In this document: piece by piece, positions 63,801-64,000 of the stretch | How the letters are laid out: each line of letters opens with the position of its first letter | Position numbering within the stretch: position 1 is the first letter of the stretch | NCBI GenBank assembly: GCA_040954595.2 | Contig: CM082598.2 | Coordinates: 9,129,097 to 9,193,096, forward strand | Source: Balanoglossus misakiensis | Lineage: Eukaryota; Animalia; Hemichordata | DNA: 64,000 bases | Direction of reading: 5' to 3' | The notes under the pieces: model-generated | What the model saw: only the letters and a program-made list of their open reading frames with translations | Told to the model about the DNA's origin: nothing | Database searches by the model: none | Translations under genes and position numbers: made by a program

Positions 63801-64000
63801 TGGCTGAGAATTTGTTGCCGCCATTCTTTGGAGGGGAGAAATGATGGCAGAGAATTTATTGCCGCCTTCCTTGGGAGGGGAGAAATAACGGCTGAGAGTT
63901 TTTTGCCGCCATTCATGGGCGGGGAGAAATGATGGCAGAGAATTTGTTTCCGCCATTCTTTGGAGGGGAGAAATGATGGCAGAGAATTTATTGCCGCCAT
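45850..64000. repeat. 44-bp tandem satellite array (right arm), roughly 410 monomers
   Basis: Same monomer and orientation as the left arm. It resumes at GTCAGAGAATTTGTTGCC, exactly completing the monomer broken at 39376, and runs off the window end. Confidence 0.99.

Noticed and set aside
486-64000. Hundreds of long minus-strand ORFs (MAATNSQP.../KNGGNKFS.../QEWRQQ..., up to 1250 aa)
   Set aside because: The consensus 44-mer lacks minus-strand stops, and three monomers (132 bp) cycle through all frames. The same peptide appears in all three frames, with no codon-level constraint.

Overview
This is eukaryotic satellite DNA. About 57.5 kb of the window (1-39376 and 45850-64000) is a head-to-tail 44-bp tandem satellite (consensus GGAGGGGAGAAATGATGGCTGAGAATTTGTTGCCGCCATTCTTG) with patchy, locally varying higher-order repeats. 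Its many minus-strand 'ORFs' are translation artefacts. One apparently intact 6473-bp tyrosine-recombinase (DIRS-order, PAT-like) retrotransposon interrupts the array at 39377-45849 on the minus strand. It has split direct repeats (A1-ORFs-B1-A2-spacer-B2), a CCHC gag-like ORF, an RT/RNase H/adenine-methyltransferase-like ORF and a Zn-finger + ALOG-domain tyrosine recombinase. It inserted without target duplication or deletion, and an empty copy of the target site lies 1456 bp upstream. The most unusual observation is the apparent expression design. An upstream ATG-bearing exon ends in a phase-0 GT donor, and each of the three non-overlapping ORFs has its own phase-0 AG acceptor upstream and its own AATAAA downstream. 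This suggests one leader exon alternatively spliced to three terminal exons, which is inference and needs RNA data. The internal repeat junction also forms a loxP/dif-like site of 18-bp inverted arms around a 6-bp spacer, and the crossover falls in that spacer.
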